A stretch of DNA of 64,000 nt from Microbotryum violaceum (lineage: Eukaryota): the NCBI GenBank assembly GCA_001244265.2, contig CDLV01000011.1:1550001-1614000 (forward strand). Reading direction: 5' to 3'. The notes beneath the pieces are model-generated. The model did not search any database. It saw nothing but the letters and a program-made list of their open reading frames with translations, and was not told where the DNA came from. The translations under genes were made by a program, and so were the position numbers. Below are positions 27,448 through 39,016 of this stretch, piece by piece. Within the stretch, counting starts at the first letter, position 1, and each line of letters begins with the position of its first letter.

Positions 27448-28114
27448 TGTCAATAGTTTGCTGTTTCATCCCACTTGTATTCCCGATTATGATTAGTTAC
27501 TAGTTGTAGATATTAGTCGCCTCGCGCGTCTCAAGCCTACCACGTGCGCGCTCCCTTAGCGCTTTTTTCTCCAACAACTATCTTTACTATCATCTTCGGC
27601 TCTCGTACTTACGCATATCGTGCCTCGACTTCAGGTTCCTAAAAGTTTATGAGCCCACCGAGCCTATCAGCGGCGGGCGACCTCGACGACCACGGTGACA
27701 TGGCATCCACGCCTCCACCACCGTCATCAACGTCGATCCATACCAACGACGTCGCGCCTCCGCTACCTCCGTCACGCTCATTAAAGAGCCATTCGACGAG
27801 CTGATCAGGAACCAGCGCCCCGCACGGGACGACGACGCATTCTCCATGCGTCAGCTCCTACCCCCAGCCAACCCCCCGGTCTTTCCAGAGAGCAGCTGGT
27901 AGCTCGGTGGACTCATAACCTTTTAGGAACCTGAAGCCGAGGCACGAGATGCGTAAGTACGGAAGCCGAAGATGATAGTAAAGATAGTTGGAGAAAAAAG
28001 CGCTAAGGGAGCGCGCACGTGGTAGGCTTGAGACGCGCGAGGCGACTAATATCTACAACTAGTAACTAATCATAATCGGGAATACAAGTGGGATGAAACA
28101 GCAAACTATTGACA
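27448..28114. mobile_element. Foldback unit formed by two inverted copia 5' LTR+PBS ends
   Basis: Arms 27448-27663 and 27902-28114 are reverse complements, each starting TGTCA and ending in a G(G/T)TTATGAG(C/T)CC PBS; GTAGC at 27442-27446 and 28115-28119. Confidence 0.85.
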
Positions 28115-28446
28115 GTAGCATCCGTGTGTGCGGACTTCAAGAGCGTCAAGTCGAAAGATCTCAAGACCTATAGGGCTCTGTCTAATCTCTCTGATCGTAC
28201 CCCAAAGTTGCAATCCTTCTTCGCTAGGAACAAAAGCCGAGTGTCATGTTCCGAGTGTTTCTCAGTGATCCTAGCATTTAGAGCGAGAGCGCTGCGCACA
28301 GTCCTGCCCATCCCCGTCCGTTCGCGTCTTTTTTTCGGCCCTTTTTTTCGTAGGTCAAATATGTACAAATAGTACTGCAACAGTCGCAAAATCAATCTAC
28401 AAACAAAGCAAAATTCACGACTCCACATCACCTCGAGAGCGCAGCC

Positions 28447-30563
28447 TCAAGGTAGCCATGGCGATTTTGCCAACCCAGCAGACCAGACCAATTCGTACCC
28501 TTCATCGGTCTTGATCACCAAATCTTCCAACCTCACTCCAAGTTGATTTTCCAAATAAACCCCCGGCTCGATCGAGAATACTTCCCCCTCTTTCAACCAG
28601 GTCTTTGCATTCCCCGCATTCAAATAAGGCCCTTCGTGCCCTTGCAGTCCGATCCCATGTCCCAGTCGATGGGTGAAATGATCCCCGTAGCCTGCTTCAG
28701 TGATGATGAGACGAGCGGAAAGGTCCACTTTGGCTGCGGTGATGTTGATATGTTTGTCGAGCGTTTGGAGAGCGGTCGACTGCGCATCGTGTACGAGGTT
28801 CCAGATAGTTTGGGAACGGCGCGAAGGCCAGCTGGGTTCGATACTAGGGTTGGGTGAGGACCGAGGATTGGGGAGCATCGTTCGTGTGAAATCGGACTTT
28901 GGGTAGCGATTTGGGATCGGAGTCAGTCTTCTGCGCTGGATGCTGGATCTTTCGGTGCCACGACTATATGGACACTCACGATATAACCCTTCAACGTGCC
29001 TCCGACGTCAAACAGGGCAAACTCGCCCTCTTCCAACCACTTGTCTGCAGAAGCAGAAGCATGGGGTAATGCCGCGTTGGCACCGAAGAGGACGATGATG
29101 CTCAAGTCCGTCAGGCCGGCCGAGGTTAGAGCGTTGTAGATGAGCTGCGTGACGTGGGGGAGGTGTAATACGGGGTTCAGCCTGAACCCTATTAGGTAAG
29201 TGAGGAAAAGTTACACGATGAGGAGTACGCACAGCTTCGCCCTGCTTCTCCGACATGCCTATTTGAAGGTGTGTCTGTACCTTGCGAAGCGCATGCATCG
29301 TGACCTGCCGTTTGCAATGGTCCCAACCCATGAGCTCCTAACCTCTTCCCACAACCAAAGGCCCCCCAAGTCCCTCGTTCCGGACTGACCTTTGAAACGC
29401 ATCTCAACAGCTCCCTTTCCTTCTTCGTCTTCCTCATCCTCTGCTCTCGAATAATCTCTCCCACCAAACCGACTCTCACCTCCAATCCCGTTCCTTCGAC
29501 CGTCTTCACCGCCTTACCAATGCCATCCGCAACAAGTTGCCTCATATTCTCCTCGAGATGAATCGTCCACTTTGCTTTCGATTCTTTAATTGAGGAAAGG
29601 TAAGAGGCGTAGAGGTGCTCGAGGTGTTGGCTTAGAACGGCGTAAGGGTTCTCGGCTTCTTCCCATGTGACCCAAGAGATTTGGGACAAGTCCGAGGAAG
29701 AGAGGGCGAAGGGCAGGCGTTTGGTTCGCGAGAGCTCAAAGGAGGGAGTGAGGATAGAGAGATGCGCCTTGGGGGAAGAAGTCGAGATGGAAGGTGTTAT
29801 AACGACCAGCCAAGGCCTTTCGGAGAGGTACCAACTGCAGATGATGGGTTATAGGGATCAGTGAAGATCTTGATCTTTTTTTGGGTTCGGCGAATTCACT
29901 CACTCGCGCGTGCTGAGATTAACGTAGTACAACGTATTTGGACTAGAGCCGAACCACCATCAGTTTCTCACACCCCCTAAAATCCCAACCCATCCCTCGA
30001 ACTAACCTAGGTTCGGATACCCAAACCGCCCAATTGTCCTTCTCCCCCGAACCAAGTAACCTCGCGAGCGTATCCCTCCTCTTTGCAAACTCTTCCAGGT
30101 CAATACCCTTCCCCTCTTCCTTCTCGCACACCTTTTCCGGTGAGATCCCACTCCAATCAATCCCTTGATGAATCTTGGCCGTGGAAGGATGTAACGTAAA
30201 ACTCTTGCCGCTTTGTCCGACTGATGAGGCGGACTTGGGTGAGAAGCACGACAAGGTCTGGAAGACGACCCGACTGACGAACAAGGAAGCTAAGAGGAAC
30301 AAGATCAAAGTGCCACCGTGGATACGGAGGGTGAAATGACTGGGACCGATGACGAGAGAGATCGAGTATCGAGGTGGAACGCGCTTTGAAGACGAAGACG
30401 ACGGCGACGGCGAGGATGACGATGACGGCGTGCTGGGACCTTCCTGATCAAGTTCACCGATCTGGGCCTCCTCGTCGGTTAAGAGGAGAGGTTTGTGGTG
30501 ATCTTCGTGGGCCGAGTAGAGAGGGAGATCATAGTCGTCCGCTTCAGGAGGTGCTGAACCCAT
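28447..30563 (-). CDS. M24 family Xaa-Pro peptidase (creatinase/prolidase fold) with N-terminal TM anchor
   Basis: LFGANAALPH, LFDVGGTLKGY, FTHRLGHGIGLQGHEGPYL, FSIEPGVYLENQLGVRLED metal-binding motifs. Confidence 0.92.
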
Positions 30564-30906
30564 CCTTGCCAAGGATTCTTCAGGAGGAAGAGAGGGGCGG
30601 GAGGGAGGGAGGGGCGCGTCCCCGGTCGCGACGCTAATTTGGGCTGTTCGGGTATGCTGTCGTCATACACTTATTTTCTTAAAAAGCAAAAACACAAGTC
30701 TATTCTCTTTTTCAAATTGTTTTCAAATTTCAGGTCTTCATTTTTAAAGCATCCGACTCTAAAAGAAAAATCAAACGAAGATCCCGACCACAAATGAGGT
30801 GTGGAGCAAGACCGACGAAGCTCGGAGAGCCGGAGCTTCCCGGAACCGCGGCCCAAACCCGTTTCCCCCCATCTTGCTGCGATCTGAACCCCTACGTTTG
30901 CTCTGC

Positions 30907-31004
30907 TTAGACGGTGCCGCAAGCGGCGATGGTGATCTTGGACTTGGTCTTGCCCGAGTCGGTACCCTCGGCCTCGATCTTCTTGACAATGTCCAAGCCC
31001 GTAA

Positions 31005-31041
<37 letters not shown>

Positions 31042-32085
31042 CGAGCAGGGGACGGTCGTGATGCTGCAAGAATCCCATAAAAGATCAGTGGTGCTCTAGA
31101 TGGAGAGTGGTCGTTCAGGTCAAGACGCACAAGAACTGCGAGCCGTTGGTGTTGGGGCCGGCGTTGGCGGACGAGAGCAATCCAGGCTTGGTGTGCTTGA
31201 TCTTGAAGCTGTGGGCGATGTTTTGGGGTCAATAAGTCATGCGCGCCTACTTCTGATGGGCTATACACGCCACTCACTTCTCGTCAGCGAACTTCTCGCC
31301 GTAGCTGTGGAGCAACAAGATGAACGAGCGTCAGATGGCTTTTGCGGGGGGTACAGAACCGAACAAGCGAAACGATGTGAAACTTACATGGACTTGCCGC
31401 CGGTACCGTTGTGGCGGGTGAAGTCACCACCTTGGAGCATGAAGTTGGGGATCACGCGATGGAAGCCCGAGTTGGCGTAGCCGTAACCGTTCTGGCCGGT
31501 CGCGAGCTCGCGGAAGTTCCTGGCCGTCTTCGGGACGACATCATCGTCTGCGGACGGGGAGAGAGGTAGAGGAAAAAGACGCAACTGAGTGTCAGTCAGT
31601 GCATTCTCGTGTGCATTCGAGGCAGTAATCACAATGAGGAGACGTACAGAGCTTGAACTCGATTCGGCCGAGCGGCTCGCCGTTCTTGGTGACGTCGAAG
31701 AAACTAATGGAAGGTCGAGGAAGGTCAGCCGTCGGCGGCTCGACGGGCCACTAAAAACAGACTACCGCAGTCGAGGATACATACACGTTCTACATGATAA
31801 CAAGGGAAAGAATGGGAGGCGCAAGGTTCAGTAAACGGTGGATCGCAGGTAAGAGGTGAGAAGGTGGCGAGGCTGTGGAGGAACGTGGAGGGACCGTGCC
31901 ACGTGGAGATGGGGCCACCGATGACGACGAGATGCGGCGACAGGGGGGACATGCGGCCACAACGAGCAGAGAGCCAGAGCGGAGGGCAAAGGGAAACAGA
32001 TGGAGGTGTGACTCGAAAGAAGAGAGCAGGTACTCACAGACATGCTGCGCGCAGTTGACAAACCACGGCGAAAAATGGCAGACAT
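30907..32085 (-). CDS. CPR1: Cyclophilin A peptidyl-prolyl isomerase; long (mitochondrial) start at 32085 and short (cytosolic) start at 32043
   Basis: [86 protein letters not shown]. Confidence 0.95.
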
Positions 32086-33888
32086 CCAATAGGGAGTGAG
32101 TGAGCAGAGGAAAGCACGCAGCGTGTGAGGGCGAGTGAGGGCGAGTGAGGGCAAGCGTGGGCAGGCGGAGCACGCAAATCGGACACCCCCGCCACAGCGC
32201 AAGGGGGCAGGCCGGGGCGCAGCGGAGAGCAGGCGAGAGCAGGCGTAGGCGGCAGAGCAGAGCACAGAGACGGCGAGCCAGATTCGGTACGACAGAGCAG
32301 GGTGGGTGCGGAGCAAAATGGTGGTGCAAAGGTCAAGAGTCAGTTCGTGCTGGCCACATCACAGCTCAGGGGTGGATCGACACCAGGGCACCGACCTGGA
32401 TCTGTAGTGACAAGATGAAGGTGTGGGGAGGGGAGAGAGCCTGAACACGTCGTTGGCGAGGGTCCCCGTCAACTCACCGAGCTTTTTTGCCCAAAGCTGC
32501 CAGCAGCCAGAAGCTGCCCGACGGCAAGCGTGCGTGCAGCACGGTGACGTAGTTTGGTGTCCCAGCGATGGGCCATTTTCCATGAACTCCTCGCTACAGC
32601 AATCCTGTCCTAGTGAGTGCTGCTGAATGGCCAGCACCGGAAGTTTAAACTGCTTGTGGGCTACGTGGCTGAGACGTTGGCGATGTAGAGGCTTGTTGCG
32701 ACTCTCACAATTTTTCCCGCAGACTGTAACTCAGTTCGCCGAGCTGATCAGTAAGACGCCACGAGCGCTCTACACAATTATCGAAGCAATGCATCTTTTT
32801 CTGGGCAAATTTGGCCTCTGCAGATGCTCCCGTCACAAAGGAACGTAGATACCTACGTTGAGCCGAGGTCTCGATCGAGCCCTGACTGAACTTCCGAGAG
32901 GCAGCTTGCGGGCCAGATCGCATGCGAGTGTCAAATGGCGGCGGCAGGTGCGATCAACTACAGCTCGGTCGGTCAGAGCGTTGCACGTTCAACGACCTCT
33001 GTGGAAACTGGTGCGTTTCCGCTGCGTTTTCGAGACCAGTTAGCAAAAGTCACGTCGTAGGGTTGTGATGTGATATACGACTGCATCGACTGCCAAATTA
33101 GGCTTTTGCCCCGGCCGGCGACGGCCCCGTCGATTCTGGGGCCCTCAATTCTGCTCAATTGATTGTGTGGCTGCTGGCCGCTGCGCCGTTGGCCCGCCTC
33201 TCGACTCCCGAGTCCCGAGTCCCGGCCGACCACTCGACCTACCGCGATTTCCGCTTGATGATCACAAGAAGTTGAAACTCCCCTTCAACCACCCAATTTA
33301 AAAACAATTACCCCGTGACGCTATCGTAGAGCGCCACACACGTCCCTACCCCTCTCCCACCTCTTGCAACACCGCGTTGGATCGTACCGAACGCGTAGTT
33401 GGCGCCTGCCCTCCCCCGGCCCTCGCTCGTCCCTGTTGTCTACCGTCTTCCCCTCGCTACACACCCCTTCCTCATCGCCATCTCTGATCTCAAACACTTC
33501 GATACGGCTTTCTGATCTGATTCCACTCCAAGGATCGGCTCGGACACGCCGATTTGCCCTCGTGAGTATCGTATCGAACCCGCGGCTGCGTACATGCGCG
33601 CCCCTCGGCGTCGGTTGGGCTAGCTTCCCCTGACTGCCTGCTCGATTAGGACACTCCCGTCCGGAGACACCTGATCTCTTCAATATCGATCCGCCACACC
33701 CTCGCGAACAGCACTGACCTCATCTTGTCGTATCTACAGTAACGTAGCACTTCCGCTACATCAGTCCCTCTAGTCGACCTCGCGTCTACGCGCATACACT
33801 CGGCACCCGCCGGCCGGCCACCCGCACCCGCACCCGCACCCGTATCCCACACAAAGCGGTCGACCGCGGCCCCGCTTGTCTCAGCGCT

Positions 33889-35488
33889 ATGAAGGTCAGT
33901 GTATGCATGCGGAGAAGGAACCCTTTCAGCTTCCATTTCCGGCCACCTCGCTACTTTGTCAGAGCGTAGTTCAAATCCGGAAACTCACATCAGTTCCGTG
34001 CGCCACGACGCTGATCTGCAGTACCTCGAGATCCCCGAACTCGACATGCTCTCGCGAGCGCTGGACCTGTCGACGCCGACGCTCAAGGTCACGACGCGCG
34101 TCGAGGCCTACTCGTGCAAGCCGATCGCTCGCGAACGCAAGTTGTTCAAGACGCTCGAATCCGAGTTGATCCAGGACCTGTCGCATTCGACTTCCGTGTC
34201 GCCCCCTGAGCAACACCCCGGCTTGCTCGACAGCGCGTTCGGTCCGCTCGACAAGCGCGAGTCGCGCAAGACGTTGTGGTTGCTCATCGGTTTGCTCAAC
34301 GTCGCCTTCCCCGATCACGACTTTTCCAAAGTTCGCCCCGAGGAGTTCAGGAGGGAAGAAGGTCCGCGGGCGGTGTTGGCGTCCTTGTCGACCGCGCTTG
34401 ACCACCTCAGGTCCCCGACGGGCCAACGCTCCTTCTCGTCGTACCCTCCCTCGTCGAGCTTTGCCCTTCCTTCATCGCCCATGTCCGACCCTTTGGCTCT
34501 GCCCTCGACAATGATGACGGCGAGCTTTGAAGGCGATTCGATACCGACGAACCCGTTCTTGCGTCGCGTGCTGGATCCCATCATTGACCTGTCGGAATGC
34601 GAAGTCTTCTCCTATACGCCCGACATTGATTCTGATCCCCACGCGTACGACAGCGACGACGAATCTGATGACGATGATCTCGACCCCGATGCGTTTGAGA
34701 GGGATAGCGATGGTGGGATGACATGGGAGATGGATGGGTTCGAAGGATCCCCGGTCTTAGGAGGGAACGGACACCACCATCATCAAGCGCACGGTCCGAA
34801 TTCGTCGCGTGGTGGTGGGGGTTACTCGAATACGCAGCTGTCTCGCTCGAGCGCCGGTTCGGCGATGCACCACAGCAACGACTGGTACTCTCGTCCTTCG
34901 ACGCCGATGAAGTCCATCTCGTCCGTCTTCCGCGGTGGGGCACCTGGAACTCCCGCGTCTATGCAAGGTGACGCCAGCTTCGCGGACGACTACTTTGGTG
35001 AATCCTCGACGGGGGGCTTATTATGGTCGACCTTTCACTTCCTGTACAACCGTAAAGCGAAGCGAATCGTCTTCATCTCCGCTTGGGCCCGAACGCCAAG
35101 GTCCGAATCGGCTCGTCAATCGATGCGAAGGATCAAACGACAGAACGCGGCGGCCGCCGCTTCAAGGGCCGCTTCGATCGCTGCCAGAGTCGCGAAAGCG
35201 ACGGCTAACATGTCCCAATTTGACGAAGACGAAGGGGAAGGGGAAGGGGAAGGGGAAGGGGAAGGGGAAGGGGAAGGGGAAGGGGAAGGGGAGGAAGAAG
35301 GCGCGTCACCGGGTTCGAAAGGGCCGATCACGACCGTGACGGGTTCATCATTGTCGTCGAGTTTGAAGAGGAGTGCTTCGCAGACGTCCGAGTTGGCGAA
35401 CCCTTTGTTGTCGAATAAGCTGATCGGATCGACGACGACGACGACGACGCTGGGGAGGAATAAGAAGAGGACCAAGAGTAGGGCTTGA
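33889..35488 (+). CDS. MAF1: Maf1, repressor of RNA polymerase III
   Basis: ATGAAG|intron|YLEIPEL..RVEAYSCK..FGPL..LNVAFPDHDFS..VFSYTPDIDSDP..LLWSTFHFLYNRKAKRIVF. Confidence 0.95.
35230..35293 (+). repeat. (GAAGGG)n coding microsatellite giving a Glu-Gly repeat in the Maf1 tail
   Basis: About 10 perfect hexamer units. Confidence 0.95.
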
Positions 35489-35934
35489 GGATTTGACTCA
35501 TTCGATGCTTGGAGGCCTTGAAGGCTTCGACCGGCTCATTGCCGGGATTAGATTTCGGTACTTTGTAGGACATTTTGTGTTTCTCTCGTGTACGTGTACC
35601 GCGTCTCTGCTTGCGTGTTACCCCATCCGTTTTTTCCAATTTGTTTTAGTCGCTTCCCCCCGTCATTTTCGGCGGAGGGGGTTCTTCGTCTGGCCTTTTT
35701 TGCTGTAGGAGTGTTCGTGCTTCTCCTTTTTCGCTTCTTTTTTGTTTTGTCCTTTTTACTCGTCTCATATGCTCATCCATTGCTTTCCTCTCTGAACGAC
35801 TTGGAGAAAAAGTTCAGGGTCACGTGTTGACCTGAGAGCTTTCGGTCCCGTTTAGTCAACGCGTCGCGTCGCGGTGGTCGCTTCCCTCTTGCTAACTCTA
35901 CTACGCTCCTGCTCCAAACCACCCGCGCTGAAGC

Positions 35935-37301
35935 ATGACCGATTCAACGAACACCAACTCCTCCTTCGTACCCCTTTCCCTAACCGACACCTTATCCAAA
36001 CCCCAACGAACACTTCATTCGCACCATACTAGTAGACCCTCTTCAAGTTCGAATCACTCTACTACTGGCTCTATTAGTGGTTCGTCGAGTGCGACGGGGA
36101 GGAGGTCGAGTCATTTACCTTCTTCTTCGTCGAGTACGTCGAATGGATTGGGATCGGGATCGGGATCTATGGGGGGTGGAGAGAGGGCGAGGGAGTTGGA
36201 GAGGAAGAGGTTAAAGGAGTTGATGTGTGAGAGGTTGGGGTTGGAGTTGGGAGGGGAGGGGGAGAAGGAGGGGGAGAAGGAGGGGGAGAAGGAGAATGGG
36301 TTGAATGAACTGCCTTCTTTGGAGAGGAAGGAATTGGGGAAAGAGAAGGATGAAAAGGACGAAGAGGTGAAGAGTTTGAGAAAGCAGGTGATGAGGTTGA
36401 ATGAGGAGAATAAGAGGTTGAATGCGAGGGTCAAGGGGTTGCAGGAGGAGGTCGTGGTGGCGAAGGCGAGTGCGAGTGCGAGACAGGGGACGATGGGTAC
36501 GACGTCGACGGCTTCGGCTTTGGAAGGTGTGGGGGCGATTCAATTGAAGGAATTGGAGAAAAGTTTCGCAGAGTGAGTTCAGAGCAATCTTACGACGAAA
36601 CAGGTGTTGGTGGCTCAATGAACAGGCTTGTTTCACAGACAAGAGAGCTTGCTCGCGGGCTACCAGAGGGACGCCGAAAAGTCCTTCTTGACGATCGAGG
36701 CGATGAAGAAACAGTGCGTGACGAGCCTACTGATCCAATGCTAGTTCTAACCACCGAGTCTCGATGCTGTCCGAACAGAGCGCGACGCTACACCGACATC
36801 CTCGCCAAGACCTACGGACCCAATTACGAGACCGAACTTGGCCTCGACCAAGAAAATGCTTCGTCCCTCTTGACGACGACCAAAGTGCTCAGCGCTACGA
36901 CGGGTCTCTCGACTCCGGCGATGAGGAACCAACGTGATCGAGTAAGGAATAGGATGAGCTTTGGTGGGGTTGCTGCAGTGGTGACGCCTATCGCTTCGAG
37001 GGTAGGGGGGATCGAGCATGGGAGCGTAGAGCAGGAGGACAAAGAGGGACAAGAGACGGATGTGGGACCTTCAAGTGCCGATGCGTGTGCGAAAGAGGAA
37101 GGTGCGGTCGAACAAGCACGACACGAGATGTTGGTAGAGTACGTCGAAGGTGTGCAGACCTTGTTGAGGAGGATGGAGCAGAGGTTACTCAAGAGGGACT
37201 ACGAGTTGGAGATGATGGAACAACGCGCGAAGGAGGAGAAGCAGTTGGCCGAGGCCAAGGTCGACCACGTCGAGAAGTTGATCAGTGGGATTCGGGTGTG
37301 A
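35935..37301 (+). CDS. Coiled-coil protein of unknown function, 3 exons
   Basis: Heptad-rich segments; middle exon QESLLAGYQRDAEKS; canonical GT-AG introns at ~36572 and ~36714. Confidence 0.7.
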
Positions 37302-37369
37302 TTTGGATCGTCTTCAAGTTGTGGCATATTGTGGCTTGATCATTCTTCGGAAATACTTGCAAGGAGTCC

Positions 37370-38785
37370 TCACTTTACTCTTCTGCTTCTTCAGCTTGTC
37401 GCCGCCGAGCTTGCTCGTCCACCTTGCGTTCCTTCTTGCTCTTCCTTTTCGGTCTCGAACCTTCGGGTTCGACTTCCAAGAAGCTCAGCCAGTTCTTCTC
37501 GAGCTGAGCGACACAGTACTCGCGAGTCCATGACCGAGCGGTGCAAATTGCTTCGACAACTTCGGAGATCTGATCGGGAAAGGAAGGATGGCGTTGGACA
37601 TGAGTACACGCGTTCGCAAGTCCAACCTAAATGAGCAGAGAAAGAAAGCACACCTGTTCGTCGATCTTCAATGTGTCACTGAAGTCGGACTCGACCAAGA
37701 GACGCGCGTCGTCGACGGCGCGTAACATCTCTGAGAAGCGTGGCGAGCGCCCCGAGATGACGGCGGCGAAGGAAAAGAAGAGGTTGTGGTGGACTGCAAA
37801 CAACAAGTTTTATCAGTAAATTTTTACAGAGTCCTGAAAAGTACGAGGTCGACTCTACCTTTTTGCAGTTGCCTGATAGTCTCGGGTGAACCCCCGAACG
37901 AATGCAAGCACGCATGAATGCTCTGGAATCCAGGATCGTGATCAAGATAATCCCGCAGTAGTGTCACGGTCTCTTTGGAGCTCCTAACCGAATGGAACGA
38001 GACATGTCGTCTCAGCTTGATAGCGAGGTCGAGTTGAGCTCGAACGAGAGCCAGTTGATGCTCGATAGGTGTTTGAAGTTTCGAACGGGAGGAACCATGG
38101 CCTCGGGGTGGTTGAAGATGGGTCGGCAAGGGGAGCCGAAAGGCTCGGTCCAGGCCAATTTCTCCGACGTGCGAATGAGGGTACTGGATGAGGTTTTGCT
38201 CGAGCGTGGTGAGGTAGGTTTCGAGTGAGGTCGGAGGGAGAAGCGAGTCAACTAATGGTTGGAGGGAGGGGTCGGCGCCGACTTCGGGGAAGAGGGTCGT
38301 GTAGTGTTCTTGCTTGTTGGGGAGGGAAGAAGGTGATGAGAGAGATATCGAATGAACGAACCACGGGTGAAGACCTGACGCACACAAGGCGACAAGTTGG
38401 CTTCAGTGAAGATTCTTCCCGCAGCCGACGTGATCGGCGATGACGTCGGTTCGGAGTGGGGCAGCACGAACCGAAGAAGGGAACCACTCGATCTGGATGA
38501 GCCACGGCCAAGGATCGAGTATAGGACTGATTTTCTAGCGTCGAGCTTTGAGCACACTGTGGAGAGGAAGACATCAAAATCAGATGGGAATCTTTCTGAG
38601 GACACTGGCTCTGCTCAGGAGCTCACCAGACGCCCGGTGTGGAGCTGCTCGATCGCGATCAAAGCTGTATCGAGGCCGGCCAAATCGCCCGCGGGATGGC
38701 AGTGCGCATCCGTCAGACGTTGTAGGAGTTCAACGGGAAGCATAGCCAAAGGGTTATCGGTCTGCTCGGTGTACCCCTGACCCAT
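37370..38785 (-). CDS. TatD-family metal-dependent hydrolase (Scn1/YMR262W-like)
   Basis: DAHCHP, G.HPW, VGEIGLDRAFRL, VSFHSVR, CLHSFGG, LEKNWLSF. Confidence 0.9.
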
Positions 38786-39016
38786 ATTCTGCGTGACCGA
38801 AGCGGGCAAGCTTGGTCAGACGGACCTCCACCCGCGCGGCGCGCACACGGCGTCGAATTGCCGCTTGGACCGGTGCGCAATCTAATCGCTGCGAAGGGCG
38901 GTCCAGGGCGGTCCGAGCGCGTGATCGTGGTCTCCTCAGTCGGGCTCTCGTGCTCCTCTCTTCCTTTGCTACATCCCCCTGCTCACTGTGTCCCTACACC
39001 TGCGTTCGCTCCAAGG

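Noticed and set aside
31790-31795. Nonsense mutation at codon 2 of cyclophilin (ATG TAG)
   Set aside because: The TAG is the acceptor of a 5-nt micro-exon; the true ATG TCT lies at 32043 with a perfect GTGAGT donor.
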